A stretch of 64,000 nt of DNA from Haliotis rubra. Its lineage: Eukaryota. The DNA lies in NCBI RefSeq assembly GCF_003918875.1, contig NW_025767523.1, positions 372,001 through 436,000 on the forward strand. The letters are read 5' to 3'. The first letter of the stretch is position 1; each line of letters begins with the position of its first letter. Below are positions 1 through 11,789 of this stretch, one piece after another. A program made the translations under genes and the position numbers. The notes beneath the pieces are model-generated. The model was not told the DNA's origin and ran no database searches. It was given only the letters and a program-made list of their open reading frames with translations.

Positions 1-1070
1 AACCTTGTAAGGCGGTCTATCAACAAGCTCTATTCTGAAAACAAATACATGTCGCTGAAAATTTTAAAAAAAGCATTTGAAGCAAGAACACAACCTCAGA
101 GTATCAAAGTACACACTCTGGCGACTCTTACACTCTTTCGGGTATCGTTATAAGAAAATTTCGGGGGAGAATAGGTCAGTACTCTGAACGCCCTGATATC
201 GTTCGCTTGAGAAATAATTTTCTCAGGGTTATAAAGAAGAAGCGCGAGGAAGGGTTCGAGCCAGTGTACTTGGACGAGACCTGGGTCAATGCCTCGCACA
301 CTGCCAGCAGTCAGTGGGTACCCGATGGGGGTGATAAGGGGTCACGTAGAAAGCTGCCTCTAGGGAAAGGAGAGAGACTAATCATTCTCCATGCTGGTTG
401 CTCCAGCAAAGGCTTTCTCCCAGGCTGCGACTTGGTATTCAGGGCAAAGTCCACAGATAACAGAGACTACCATTCCGAGATGAATGGTGCGGTTTTCCTC
501 GATTGGGTTAAAAACAAGTTGGTACCAGCTCTACCAGAGAAGTCTTTTATCGTAATGGACAATGCCCCATACCACAGCGTGCAGGACCCCGACAGTAAAG
601 CCCCGACATCGAACAGTCGAAAAGGTGATATGATATCATGGCTCGACAAATTTCAGATCGCACGGCCTTCAAAGGCAACGAAGCCTCAGCTATATGAGAT
701 CATAAAAACCCACAAAGGTGAACCTTTCTACAAAGTTGACAGTTACATAAAAAGTAAGGGTCACGATATTCTGCGACTTCCACCCTATCACTGTGACCTT
801 AACCCCATTGCAATGATATGGGGTATTGTCAAAGGAGATGTTGCCAGATCAAACACAACTTTTAGATTACGTGACGTAGAGGTTTTGGTTAAGGAATCCC
901 TTAACAAAATCACGACTGAAACTTGGCACAACTGTGTCAACAAGGTAGCTAACGTCATTGAACAAGATTACTTGTCTCGGGATGGGTTACAACAGGCAAC
1001 TGTGGCACCACTTGTCACCCCGCCGCGACAGATAACAACTTTTGCGTTTTCAATGATGATAGTTTCTTAA
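1..1070 (+). mobile_element. IS630-Tc1-mariner DDE transposase, Sailor/DD82E-like, 5'-truncated by the window; third catalytic E replaced by A
   Basis: ORF 207..1070 has YLDETW, VMDNAPYH and LRLPPYHCDLNPIA motifs. There are 83 residues between the second D and the expected E position, whose codon is GCA instead of GAA. Confidence 0.8.
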
Positions 1071-2119
1071 ACAACTCTTTTGGTGGAGTCCGGAACAATT
1101 TCAAATATAAGAAAGCTGTTGGGTATTAGTAAATGATAAACATGTGTACTATTTATATTTATGTGGCAATTTTGTACAATGATAAAATTTGCAATTCATC
1201 GGTACGTTTCTGACTCAAACGGTAACACAAAGCATTCTCAATTTATTCCTGAGGGTCTGATCAGACTGTCATGTGTCGTATTTGTGACAGATGTGTGGTC
1301 AGCCTGCAGTATCCCGCACCTCATCCACAATGTGATGCTTCAGTGGCCAACCAGCCTTTGTCTAACTTTGATTAAAGGCAGCTAGCTAATGACTCTATGG
1401 TGGTGGCCATGATGACAATGGTCAAGCTTTGTTGATTTCATTTCCATTGACAGCGTGGTCATTACTTAGAGAGATATTCAATTTGCATAACTCAAGGTAT
1501 ATCATAAATATCCCTGATAAACACTGTTCAAACGTGCCTACGATACATGCTCAAATGTGGTTTCAGGACTTAGGTTGTTTTGGCACAAATTCATTTGAAA
1601 CACATAAAATACAATAAAATATAAAAACAACAACATACAGTCAGTATCAATTTATCTAATAAACATATTTTATAGAAACTTTTAATAGTAATGTTCACAC
1701 AAAGGACGTATGTAGTGTTATCAGTTAATATATATGCAGAATATGGTTCACAGGGACAGTACTTTTCGGGCTAAATAATGGAATCTGTATATCCCATTTT
1801 CCGGATCAAACGGACCCCGATTATGTGTCCGTTTCCCATTCATCTGATGATAATGATGACTGTAATGACAGTAAAACTACTCCGCTACTTAATGTAGACT
1901 TGTCAAACTCTGGTGTGCTTCACCTTGACCGTATTGGATTTAGAGACTGACATACACTCAGTTCCAATGTGTTCCGGTTCTACCCTCAGGAAAGTCAGAT
2001 CAACATGTTCTGCAATGGCAGCTACACTCTCCCCAACAGAACAGAAATGTTGCAGTTTCACATGGATATTACATATACTGATTATTATAAATACTGCTGG
2101 ACGGTACAGTATTGAGAGT

Positions 2120-2810
2120 ACCAAGTCTGAGTCAGTTATTTGTCGAGAAACTTTCTGAGAAACCACTGCATCGTGAATATATGCAGTGTGTAGAACAGAC
2201 CAGTAATCCAACCGACTCCTTCGCCTGGATGAAGTCAGCTGGTCTTAAATGTGAAACTGAGGGCTTACTTTTTGCAGCTCAGGACCAATCACTTTCCACT
2301 CTCAATCGCCAAGATGTGATTCTTGAACAAAATGTCAATATGAATTGTCAAATTTGCAATGAATTTACAGAAACTGTCCAACACCTTCTCAGTGGATACC
2401 CTTCTTTGGCACAAACAGCATATCTTAAAGACATGATGGCGTGGCTCGTTGCTTCTACTATCGTTTTCGCCATGCCAGCGGCTTTGACTTCGAGGTCCAT
2501 CCATGGTACGATGATAAAGCCAAAGAATTTATTTATGTTATTGAATTTTCTGTCCCTTTTCAAACCAACTTGATTGGCAAGATTCAGGAATAGCATGCTG
2601 AATATGCGGACCTCGCCTTTGAAATGTCTTGCTTGCATCCCAATTACATTGTCGTCAGACTCGCCATTGTTCTTGGTGCCATTAGTTTGGTACCTCCTGA
2701 TCTCTTGGCGCAGATCAGGAGAGTGTACGGATTCTCCACCGGGAGCACGGCCCTTCTGACTCTCTACGTAATGCAGAAGGCTCAGTATTAGGGGCCTTTA
2801 TATTCTCCAG
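2120..2810 (+). pseudogene. C-terminal fragment of an RLE-type (R4/Dong/Rex6-like) non-LTR retrotransposon ORF
   Basis: WMKSAGLKCETEGLLFAAQDQSL, CxxC..ETVQHLLSG zinc knuckle and YLKRHDGVA; frameshifted. Second copy at ~24490-25110. Confidence 0.7.
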
Positions 2811-2829
2811 GATCACCCAAAAGCTCCCT

Positions 2830-4110
2830 GCTGCATTTTATCTTAATCTGTATAACATAATAATAGGACACCTGTATTGCCCATTACTCCGTGCTTGATG
2901 CATGCTCGAAGCGTACACTCACATAAAAAAGTTTAAGAACTGTTGAAAGATGTAGGTCTGGAGATCTTCTGGTTGGTTCTGGGAGGCTGTTCCACACTGA
3001 TGCCGGTGCATATGAGAAGGAATATCTCACAGTCTTGATGTTGGGAATGCGACATACATAAAAGCTTGGACAGACACTGGTGGGCTAAGCAGTGGACCTT
3101 GACAGTAATCCTGTGATGCACAGGAAGCCAGTGTAGATCCCTCAAGATCGGGGTGATATGGTCGTGCTTACGGGCGAGTGACACAATCCGTATTCTGTAC
3201 ACGCTGCAGACGATATATCTGCTTAGCAGGGGCACCAACAAGGAGACTGTTACAACAGCCCTTGTCATGGCTAGGGACAGTACGAGAATGATGGTTGATT
3301 CTTTGGTTAAAAATATCCGGATTTTGCTGACGTCCTCAACACGTCTTGGTTATTTGACTGATCTTACTATCCATGGAGAGGTCCGAGTCCAGGATAACAC
3401 CAAAGTCTTTGACACTCTCTGACACTGGTACCTCAGTATCTCCTATTACTAAGGTAGTGAGTCCGGACTCTAAACGCCTTGACTTTGGTCCAACCACAAC
3501 AAACACCAGCATTCATTTTCCAGCATTCAACTTGAGCTTGTTGGTCGACATCCATTCCTGTATGTCATGGCAGCAGTTTGTCATAGCTCTAGCTGCCCGC
3601 AGTGCTTCAGATTGATTAGGCTGAAGAGTGATGCCAGCTGAGTGGCATCTGCATATAGATGCCTGTTGATCTCAAATACCTGAATGTTTGAGCCAAATGC
3701 CTTGGTATACACTGTAAATAGAACTGTACCCGTAACCGACCCCTGTGGCACACCCTTGAAAATTTCACTCGATCTGAACATACACCATCGATATACACCG
3801 ACTGATACCGATGCGACAGATAGGATTCGAAACAGGACCATACATACCATTGATAAAGAAGTCATTCTTGAGGTGCCTGCGTTGCATCTAGTGGTTTATG
3901 GTGTCAAACGCCGCGCTCAAATCTAACAACGCCAGGAGCGCAATGTCAGTACCACATCTAAGATTGTTGAGGACTTTCAATAGGGCTGTCTCCGTACTGT
4001 GTTTAGGGCGGTATGCAGATTGGAAAGGCTCGTACAAATCACACGAGAGGATAACAGACGTATTGCTTGTTCCTGACAAGAACAAGAGCTTTTCTTGAAA
4101 TGCTTTCTTT
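2830..4110 (-). pseudogene. Degenerate L2/CR1-group LINE reverse transcriptase fragments
   Basis: [49 protein letters not shown] and KHDHITPILRDLHWLPV; many internal deletions. Confidence 0.85.
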
Positions 4111-4284
4111 GTAAGAAATGTGTAGATAATATAATCCATAAGGATGAATTGTTGATAACAGTTTGATGTTCAGAATGTGTATATTTGAATAGATTTGATG
4201 ATTCTAATATGGTGATGTTCTGTCACTCATTATGATGGCTGATGGGTGTACTGCAGTCTGTAAACCAATGGAAAAGCGTTACTA

Positions 4285-5464
4285 TACTGTAAGCCATTAA
4301 AAACGCAATTGGTATTTGTTGTCCTGAAACTTATAAAAGTTCTATTGAAGATTTTTTCCTGCAATACAGAGGATGTAGGGATAAAAGGCTGTTATTCTGG
4401 CCTATTTCGAGTTCGGGTCCCGGAGCATTCCTCTCACATGAACTCTCACTTAAAACTGAACCTTTGACATTTCTCGTAAACACAACCACATTCATGAAAC
4501 ACGTTGTGCACATGCATTACCTGCACCCAGGCCCTGTAAAAGCACAAGGAATTGTGGAACTCAATCACTTTGAGAAAATGCCACACTTGACACAATACGA
4601 AAGGAATCAGGTTATCGGTATGGTCAGCCAAGGTGCTTCAGATGTGATGATTGCCAGGCACTTTAATGTGCATCCATCCACTGTAAGTCGACTCAGACAA
4701 CGTTTTCGGGCTACCGGAAGTGTTGCTGATCGTCCGCGACCTGGTGCACCACCTGTGATAACAGCTCGACAAAACCGCAATATCCGAGTTTCACACTTGC
4801 GAAATCGGTTCCAAACAGCTGATGAGTAGGCAAGGAGGACAACTGGGACAAGTCAACATCATTTCAGCAACCAAAAGGTGCAAGGACGCCTTGCTGCCTT
4901 CAACATCCGGTGTCGTCACACGTACCGTGGTCCAACCTTATTGCATCGCCACACACTTGCCAGACAGCGATGGGCAGCAAATGGGGCCAATCTTGGCAAC
5001 AAGACATGGCCAGATGTCATTTTTTCAGATGAATCCAGGTTTAACGTATCCTTTGCAGATGGGCGTCAACAGATTTATCGACGTAAAGGAGAAAGACTTG
5101 CGCCAAACTGTGTCCTTGAACATGATCGTTTTGGAGGGGGTGGTGTCATGATCAGACCACAGACCATCAGAGGCTGCAGATCATCCAACAGCTGTTCCTG
5201 AGAAATGTGTCTTTCAATGTCCCAAAGACTGCGAGCATGTCTTGCAGCGCACGGTGGACACACACGATATTGATTGCAAGTGACCCCTCCTTTGTGTGAT
5301 GTCGTTGTTGCGTCACTGATGTTGTTGTTGACTGGACATTTTCAGATGAAATTATTCACAGATGTTCACTTAAAACATATCTGCCAGTTAGGTTTATATA
5401 TGTTGAAATTAGTGTGAGTAAAGAAAGTATGAATGTCAAATTGCATTTTTAATGGCTTTCAGTA
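4285..5464 (+). mobile_element. Tc1-like DNA transposon, internally deleted, TA TSD, private to copy A
   Basis: TIRs TACTGTAAGCCATTAAAAACGCAATT / AATTGCATTTTTAATGGCTTTCAGTA flanked by TA; empty site CGTTAC-TA-GTAT in copy B (~14270). Transposase remnants: HTH MPHLTQYERNQVIG..RPRPGAP and VIFSDESRF. Confidence 0.9.
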
Positions 5465-5869
5465 TAGTATCCTTTAGGGTTGAGATGAGTTTCAGAAAAA
5501 AATACATCGTTTTAAAACACAATATTCCTCTCAAAAGTTCACAAGAAGCATGTGCAATGGATACATACTTCTTGTTTTGTAAAGTTGTCATAATTATTGC
5601 ATTATTTTTTTGGTCGTTCTGCGACAAAAAGTATCCCTGACTTAGGTCATTCTGCCAGAAAACGGAAATTCAATAATCAGTTTTTCTTCCATAATTCTGA
5701 AAATATTTGATGAAACAACGTCAAAGTAAAGCATGATGCATTTTATCCCACAACGCAAGTTTAACAAAGAGTACAAAGCCTTTTCCTCAGTAGTTTTCAA
5801 GATACTAGTTTTTCGCCTCTCCTGAAAACCTACAAAAAATGACTTAGGTCGTTCTGCTTCTCAACCCTT

Positions 5870-6185
5870 CATATGTCAGATGCACAAATCTTCAATGCCT
5901 CGGAGTTGAAGGAGTGTATAGACGATGGCAGCATATGCTTGCCCGAACCTGAACCATTGTCAAATGATGATCTGGATATGCCTTACTTCATACTTGCATA
6001 CTTCGTCAATATCTAATGAAACCCTACTCAAGAAGAGGTCCGTCAGAAACTGAACTGATTGCCAACTACAATATATCCAGAGCAAGGAGAGTCGTGGAGA
6101 ATGCAAACCGATGGCAATTTCTTCTCAACACTGCGCAACAGGGTCCAGATGTGGCTAGGATTATGGTTGAAGCTGCCGTGTGCAT
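5870..6185 (+). pseudogene. PIF/Harbinger (HARBI1-like) transposase fragment
   Basis: DAQIFNASELKECIDDGSICLPEPEPL..MPYF, MKPYS and NYNISRARRVVENA. Second copy at ~14665-14960. Confidence 0.75.
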
Positions 6186-7044
6186 CCTGGCTGTCATCTG
6201 GTGGTGGGCTGTTCTCTTTGTTCTTGCCGTGTTTCCATTACAGCAGTTGAAATTGGAGTGACGTTGACTTCGATCGACGGTGCTTTTATACCTTTTTCTG
6301 TCAGTCTGATGTGGATCGTGCAAATCGTGAGTAAAGCGTGAACATTACGTAAGTGGATCGTGTCTTATTTTGGAGGAATTGTGCTGATGCGTGGCTTTGA
6401 CAGCTTTGCTTTGTTAGGCAATTAGCTTGTCGGTTCCATGTTGGGGATGTATCAGGGGTTAATCGTGGTTGATCGGGTGTGAATCGTGGTATTACGGGGA
6501 TGACACGTGGCCGTTTCTGCCTCTCAGTAGTGGTACGACTCGTTCACGCTTCGCCTACGGTTAAGTCGATTTGCTCACGATGCTTGCTGATGCATTCCCG
6601 ACACACTGGCGACTATCCCGATCAGTTACGCACAACTTACGACTTTTTTTTTCAATCGGCTCATGGTTTTTTAACCTACCATCTATGCAGACACACTCGC
6701 GTATCTTGCTGATCTCTGCCGACTACTCCAGGTATATTTTCGACATTATACGATCGCTGGCGATTTTGAAAAAAAACCTGTGAGGAGTTAGTTCCCTTGG
6801 GCTGAAGAAAGGGGTGTAAAAATATATGCAAGTGCAAATAGTCCTCATTTAAATGCACAGGAGTGTTGATGTGACGGCCAGTGTTCATAAAACTGACTCG
6901 CCTTTATTTTCAAGACATTTAACCACAATGTGTGAGTCGTTATTTTGAGAGGTTAAAAAATCCCTTTAGTACACTGATAGCCAAAAACAGTAGCTAGAAG
7001 AAGCAAAGTAGTATATCTGCGCATGCCCGTGAATATCCGAGTTA

Positions 7045-7270
7045 TTAGTTATTATTGGTCTTCAGTAACCCATGCTTGTCGTAAGAGGCGACTAACGGGA
7101 TTGGGGAGTCATCCTCACCGACTTGGTCGACACATGTCATCGTATCCCAGTTGCGTAGATCGATGTTCATGCTGTTGATCATTGGATTGTCTGGTCCAGA
7201 TTGGTTTATGTACAGACCGCCGCCATTTAAAAGGAATATTGCAGAGTGCGGCTTTAAACAACAAACAAAA
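7045..7270 (+). mobile_element. Molluscan (abalone-type) SINE
   Basis: CCCATGCTTGTCGTAAGAGGCGACTAACGGGAT...ATATTGCAGAGTGCGGCTTTAAAC followed by a (CAAA)n-like tail. More complete copy at ~26680-26918, diverged copy at ~40480-40655. Confidence 0.7.
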
Positions 7271-8924
7271 CTTTCTGCGCATGGGCCAAATGAAATTATT
7301 TTGAGTGCCTCCATATCTGAAAATGTTCACTATGCATCCGTCAATAAATCTGCAACGTTTATGTTTTTATCATTTAATGCACATTATTTCGGCTGATCCG
7401 CTCCACTAGATTGGAAAGAACCAACGAAGCTCACTGATACGATCAATTCACAAATACATTATTTAATCAGCAGCAGCAACATCATCCCGTTTGAAACCTG
7501 TTGCTAAACACAGGACTAATAAACGAATGGGAAAAAAATACTCGGAATATCAATTGATTATTGATAACCAAATATGAGGCTTTGTCAGAACTGCTCACAT
7601 ATGGCAAATTATTTCCGTGCGAACTGTTGACATGTCATTGAAGGCTACTGCGAGAGATAATGGTTGTCATCCCTCGACTATCAGCAAATTGGCAAGAGAA
7701 CTAGCATCAGCAAACAAATGACCTGAAGGACTGAATATTCAAAGTTTAGATTTACCATTTAAATATTAAGGCGGGTCAATTTATCTAGATAGCAAGTAAA
7801 ATTGAGGTATGGATAAGTTACTGGTTAGTGGTAACACATTGAGACTATGAGAAACATGATATGTTGAGATACTTTTTTCCATGCATGCACTAATGAAAAA
7901 TGATGCCAAGCATTGAGCCATTTGAACCTTACTGGGTACACCCAGCATGAAAATGGTTACAATATCACTGTAATTTGGTTTAATGGGGAACATTAATCTG
8001 CTTAAAAGACTTAGTCTTAATGTCGCACAGTATTTTCAATATGACAATCACACAAACCAGATTACTTTTCAGATCTTACAAAATGTGGGCCAGAAAAAAC
8101 CCACCTCGGCATCCTGGGGGTTAATGATGGTAGGGTATGTGTGGAGCAACATTGGTGAGGATATTAAAACTGTACCATTGCGTTACACCATCGTTTTGGA
8201 GCGGGAGTTTGATGGCAATGGCCGGGATCCAGATATACATCGAACTGACCTTGTCGTCATAAGAAATGCCATGATAGGCATACGTTATTTAATCGTCACA
8301 GCAGTCGTCCATCCTCTGGTACAACAACGCGAGGGTTGGATCTCCCACACGCATGCACACTTACACACACCTGGATCCATCCCTGAACGTGATCCCAACA
8401 CAAAGTAGGTTTTTTAGGTACCGGCCATAATTATGTTGTATACTACCGACAATAAGTATGGGAACACCCAAATATCAAAGTATAACAAAGTAAATTTAAA
8501 GTGGCAGTGTCGGTTTATTACAAGGGTAAATAAAACATTATTTGTTCTTAAGATGTAATGGATTTATGGTTTTGTGAATGGAGTGGTTACCTTAGTTAAC
8601 TACTAGAATTGATAATACTGGTAATGTAATGATGGAGATATAGGTTAAGGACTTGCTGTAAGTCTTTTGGATACATTGAAGTCAACTTTGGTTTGTATTC
8701 AGGATGGTGCTTTGCAATGTTCTGGAATTGCTTGAAGGTATATGTTGAAACATTATGTTCCTGACAAGTGTTAACTATGATATGATGGAATTTGGTACAT
8801 ATCCTAAAGGTCAGGTATTGAATCAAGCTTTTGTTCAAGCTGTAGAGCATTGGAATGGTTACTTTTATTTTTAAGGTAGTTTTGCATCTTTGTGTTGAGA
8901 ACCACCTCCCTGTTCTAATGGGTA

Positions 8925-9030
8925 GATCGTCAGTGGTGGAAGTTCAGTGGTTCGATCCCCCCTAGCCATGTCTCACCATGAAGACATGAAAAGATGGTAC
9001 TTGTTGTTACCCTGGTTGGCACTCCTCAAC
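8925..9030 (+). mobile_element. V-domain-like SINE fragment
   Basis: B-box-like GGTTCGATCCC followed by GAAGACATGAAAAGATGGTACTTGTTGTTACCCTGGTTGGCAC; present in all three duplicon copies. Confidence 0.45.
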
Positions 9031-9129
9031 TTTATTGTATATAATAACAATAAGTTCAACAAAAAATCAAATTCATGGAAAAATTTACTAATATTTATTT
9101 ATTTATATGTATGTATATGGATATTTATA

Positions 9130-9530
9130 TAGCGCTATACATAGTCCATCCCATCTACATGCATGCTGAAAGCACTGTTTTTTTCACCTCGATCATTGAA
9201 TGTCAATCTCAAAGGTACATCATATTTTCAATTTCAACTCCCTGAGGATCATTTAACTCGAGCAGCCACTAGGCGCACCAAGTTAAGTTAATGTGGCTTT
9301 CCCATCCTTACGAGGTACCCATTCATAGCTGGGTGGACTGGGACACAGTCACAGTACTTTGTCCAAGCTTACTGCACGTTGCTGTGCCCGCACCTAGGTG
9401 TTTGCACATATTCATGTGGCCACCATCTGGTCATTAACCAACGGATTTGTGGATTCTTTTTAGTGCACAGGGTTGTGTACTGTGCACTAGGGGTTGTGAC
9501 AACACTGAAAGAGTCTGCACACAAACTTGA
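9130..9530 (-). mobile_element. Deu/Nin-domain SINE
   Basis: CAACTCCCTG and AGGTACCCATTCATAGCTGGGTGGACTG core. Copies at ~20920-21330 and in copy C, where the LINE splits it. Confidence 0.55.
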
Positions 9531-9596
9531 CTCCAAGGTTTTTACACAATTTGACAATTTCCTTTTACTTATTTTGAAAGACCAAATCTTCAAATA

Positions 9597-9711
9597 TACT
9601 CATGCCAATAATGGGTGTCATCCCCCTCCCCACCCCAACCCCACACACACCTAACACCCCCTCTTCAATTAAAAAAATTGAAGGGGGTGACAACCATTAT
9701 TGGCATGAGTA
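9597..9711. mobile_element. TA-flanked Tc1/mariner-type MITE
   Basis: TIR TACTCATGCCAATAATGGGTGTCA / TGACAACCATTATTGGCATGAGTA with TA TSD. Absent in copy B (CAAATAGTTCAAA at ~21381), present in copy C (~33647-33760). Confidence 0.8.
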
Positions 9712-10100
9712 TAGTTCAAATATGCACAAAATGTTCTTTAGATTTTAATTATTATGTAAATGTTCCAATTGTTCAAGCCACATCACATGTCTCTTGATGA
9801 AGCTGAAGACACTGCAGCATGATTGTACAACCAGTTTTCCCCATCCCATTTGTATGTCCGGAGGAATTTGCAAATAACAACTGAAACACACACTATAAAT
9901 AAAAGCAGTAACTTTTATAAATGTAGTAACAATGCCTTGACAAAATTAAATTGATGGAAATATTTACTGACAATAGATCATTTCATTTTGCTTGTTTCGG
10001 GAGACTAAGTCTTCAAATAGTCCAAATAGGCACAAAGTGTTCTTTAAATTTTCACAATTTTGTAAATATTCAAATTGTTTAAGTCACATCACATGTCCAT

Positions 10101-10439
10101 CTAGTACAGAGTGAACAGTCCCTTGATGAAGCTGAAGACACTGCAGCAGCATGCTGTCTCAAATGACTGTGGCTGACTTGGTTCTTCCAGGTGGCTCACA
10201 TCAATCAGGACATAGGATTCTGTTTTCACAGGCTGTACTGTAAATGGTGATGTGGGATTTCCCAAGTCTATCTCAGGTATGTCCTGCTCCAAGTTCATGG
10301 AGGAAAGTATCGCACATGGTTTTGTGGGATCTCCCAAGTCTATCTCAAGGATGTCCTGCTCCAAGTTCATGGAGGAACCATACAATGACCCAAGGGCAGG
10401 GTTAGGGAGAAGGGTCTGGGTGATGGGTGGGGATACCAC
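10101..10439 (-). other. Orphan ORF or candidate terminal exon with 72-bp internal repeats and a Cys-rich C-terminus (copy A)
   Basis: Open in all three duplicon copies (21776..22186 with 3 repeats, 34150..34551 with 2 repeats); no recognisable domain. Confidence 0.3.
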
Positions 10440-11004
10440 AGCAGTTGACAGCTTAGAGGGGAAAGGAAGGCAGTGTAATGAGGACAGAAGATGTGTAAAA
10501 AATAGCTAATTTAATAATCTTTCTTCCCTATTAAAATGGCATAGTGTGTGATTGTTTCCAGAAGGTACATGTCAAAGTTGTCTACTTCTTCTAATCAGTA
10601 ATCTTGATTACTGTTTTCTTTTAATTATATTTAAATCTAATGAATGGTTTACACCTAAAATTGCGACAAAAAACTCCAAATCACAACCGTCTGTTTTATA
10701 TCATGGGGAGAGGTCAAGAAAATCCCTAGATGACCTACTGGGATAGGGACAGGATGGTCGGAGGGGTAGGCAGCAATGGTAGGACGCTGAGACTTTCTCA
10801 ACTCTTCCCGAGCTGCCGAGGGAAATGATGAATAAATCTATTTAAAACGTATTCAAAATTGATGCTAGATAGGGAAATGGATCTAAGACTTAAAATAAAA
10901 AATATGAATTATCATTATTTCCAACCTCCGCAGTTGGGTCCTGTGTTTTCAACTTATAAAATCAGACTGCCGTGTTCTTTACGTGGAAATAAGTCCACAT
11001 TATC

Positions 11005-11206
11005 GGTAAGATTACAGAATACCGGATACCTTCCGCCATCTTTGAAAGCACGCGAGTTTACTTTTGGTTAGGGTTAGGGTTAGGGTAAGGTTTAGGGTTA
11101 GGGTAAGGTTTAGGGTTAGGGTAAGGTTTTGGGTAAGGTTTAGGGTTAGGGTGATATCACACTAAACAATATGGCTGGTAGGTATCCGGTATTCTGTAAG
11201 TGTACC
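11005..11206. mobile_element. MITE with ~26-35 bp TIRs, 8-bp TSD and an internal (TTAGGG)n-type telomeric array
   Basis: TIR GGTAAGATTACAGAATACCGGATACC / GGTATCCGGTATTCTGTAAGTGTACC; TSD ACATTATC at 10997-11004 and 11207-11214; empty sites in copies B (~22907) and C (~35049). Confidence 0.85.
11066..11152 (+). repeat. Interstitial telomeric-type repeat (TTAGGG with TAAGGT variants)
   Basis: About 14 hexamers read directly. Confidence 0.95.
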
Positions 11207-11558
11207 ACATTATCTTATATACATGTATTATAAATGATTCGCATAAAGATTTGAGGGTCTCATGAAAATCGTGTTTACTCGTTAGCTAACTACTGAGGTT
11301 TGTTGATCGAACGCCATTAGGCAGACATGCGGCCAAAGTTAGACTTACTGATAGTATACCGAAATCAAAACCAAATTTAACTTAAAAGACCTAAATAATG
11401 TACCTTGATGGTAAACACTTGCAACACTCGTGAACATGGTGCAAAGTTGGTCACAAGTGTCAATCAAATCGTAAAATGACAGCAGAGACTTGGATTTTGC
11501 AACACAGATGCTAAACAACAATGGCGTCGTTTGCGGAGAACAGTCACCATGGAGATGT

Positions 11559-11568
11559 TCTCGCGAGA
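11559..11568. promoter_or_regulatory. TCTCGCGAGA palindromic CGCG promoter-type motif
   Basis: Exact match, retained in all three copies (23259-23268, 35401-35410). Confidence 0.3.
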
Positions 11569-11789
11569 TCACAACGGGTGTTTTCAGGTGAACTGGCAAC
11601 GGGGATGTGTTGCGTGAAGAACGTTATCCAGTCTGCTTCTTATCACAGATGTCCTTCCTCTTAAACCCTCACTTTGAAGTCGAATAAAATTCAACATACA
11701 TCACGCACACAAACAGATATTACAGTTTGAATTCTCCAGGCCATCTTCCTGTTTCTTGATACCATCCACTATCATCTTAGGCAAAGCAA

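Noticed and set aside
7045-7396. Short ORFs shared with 26612-27029
   Set aside because: They overlap a SINE inside the segmental duplication; the recurrence reflects DNA duplication, not protein conservation.
7983-8408. 141-aa ORF as a host gene
   Set aside because: Contains Tc1-like remnants (RTDLVVI..RY) and is disrupted or deleted in copies B and C.
8567-8920. Coding-looking block present in all three copies
   Set aside because: Stops in all plus frames and no motif I can recognise; it cannot be assigned without a homology search.
11066-11152. Chromosome end or telomere fusion site
   Set aside because: Short, single orientation, enclosed by TIRs and a TSD, and absent from the paralogous sites.
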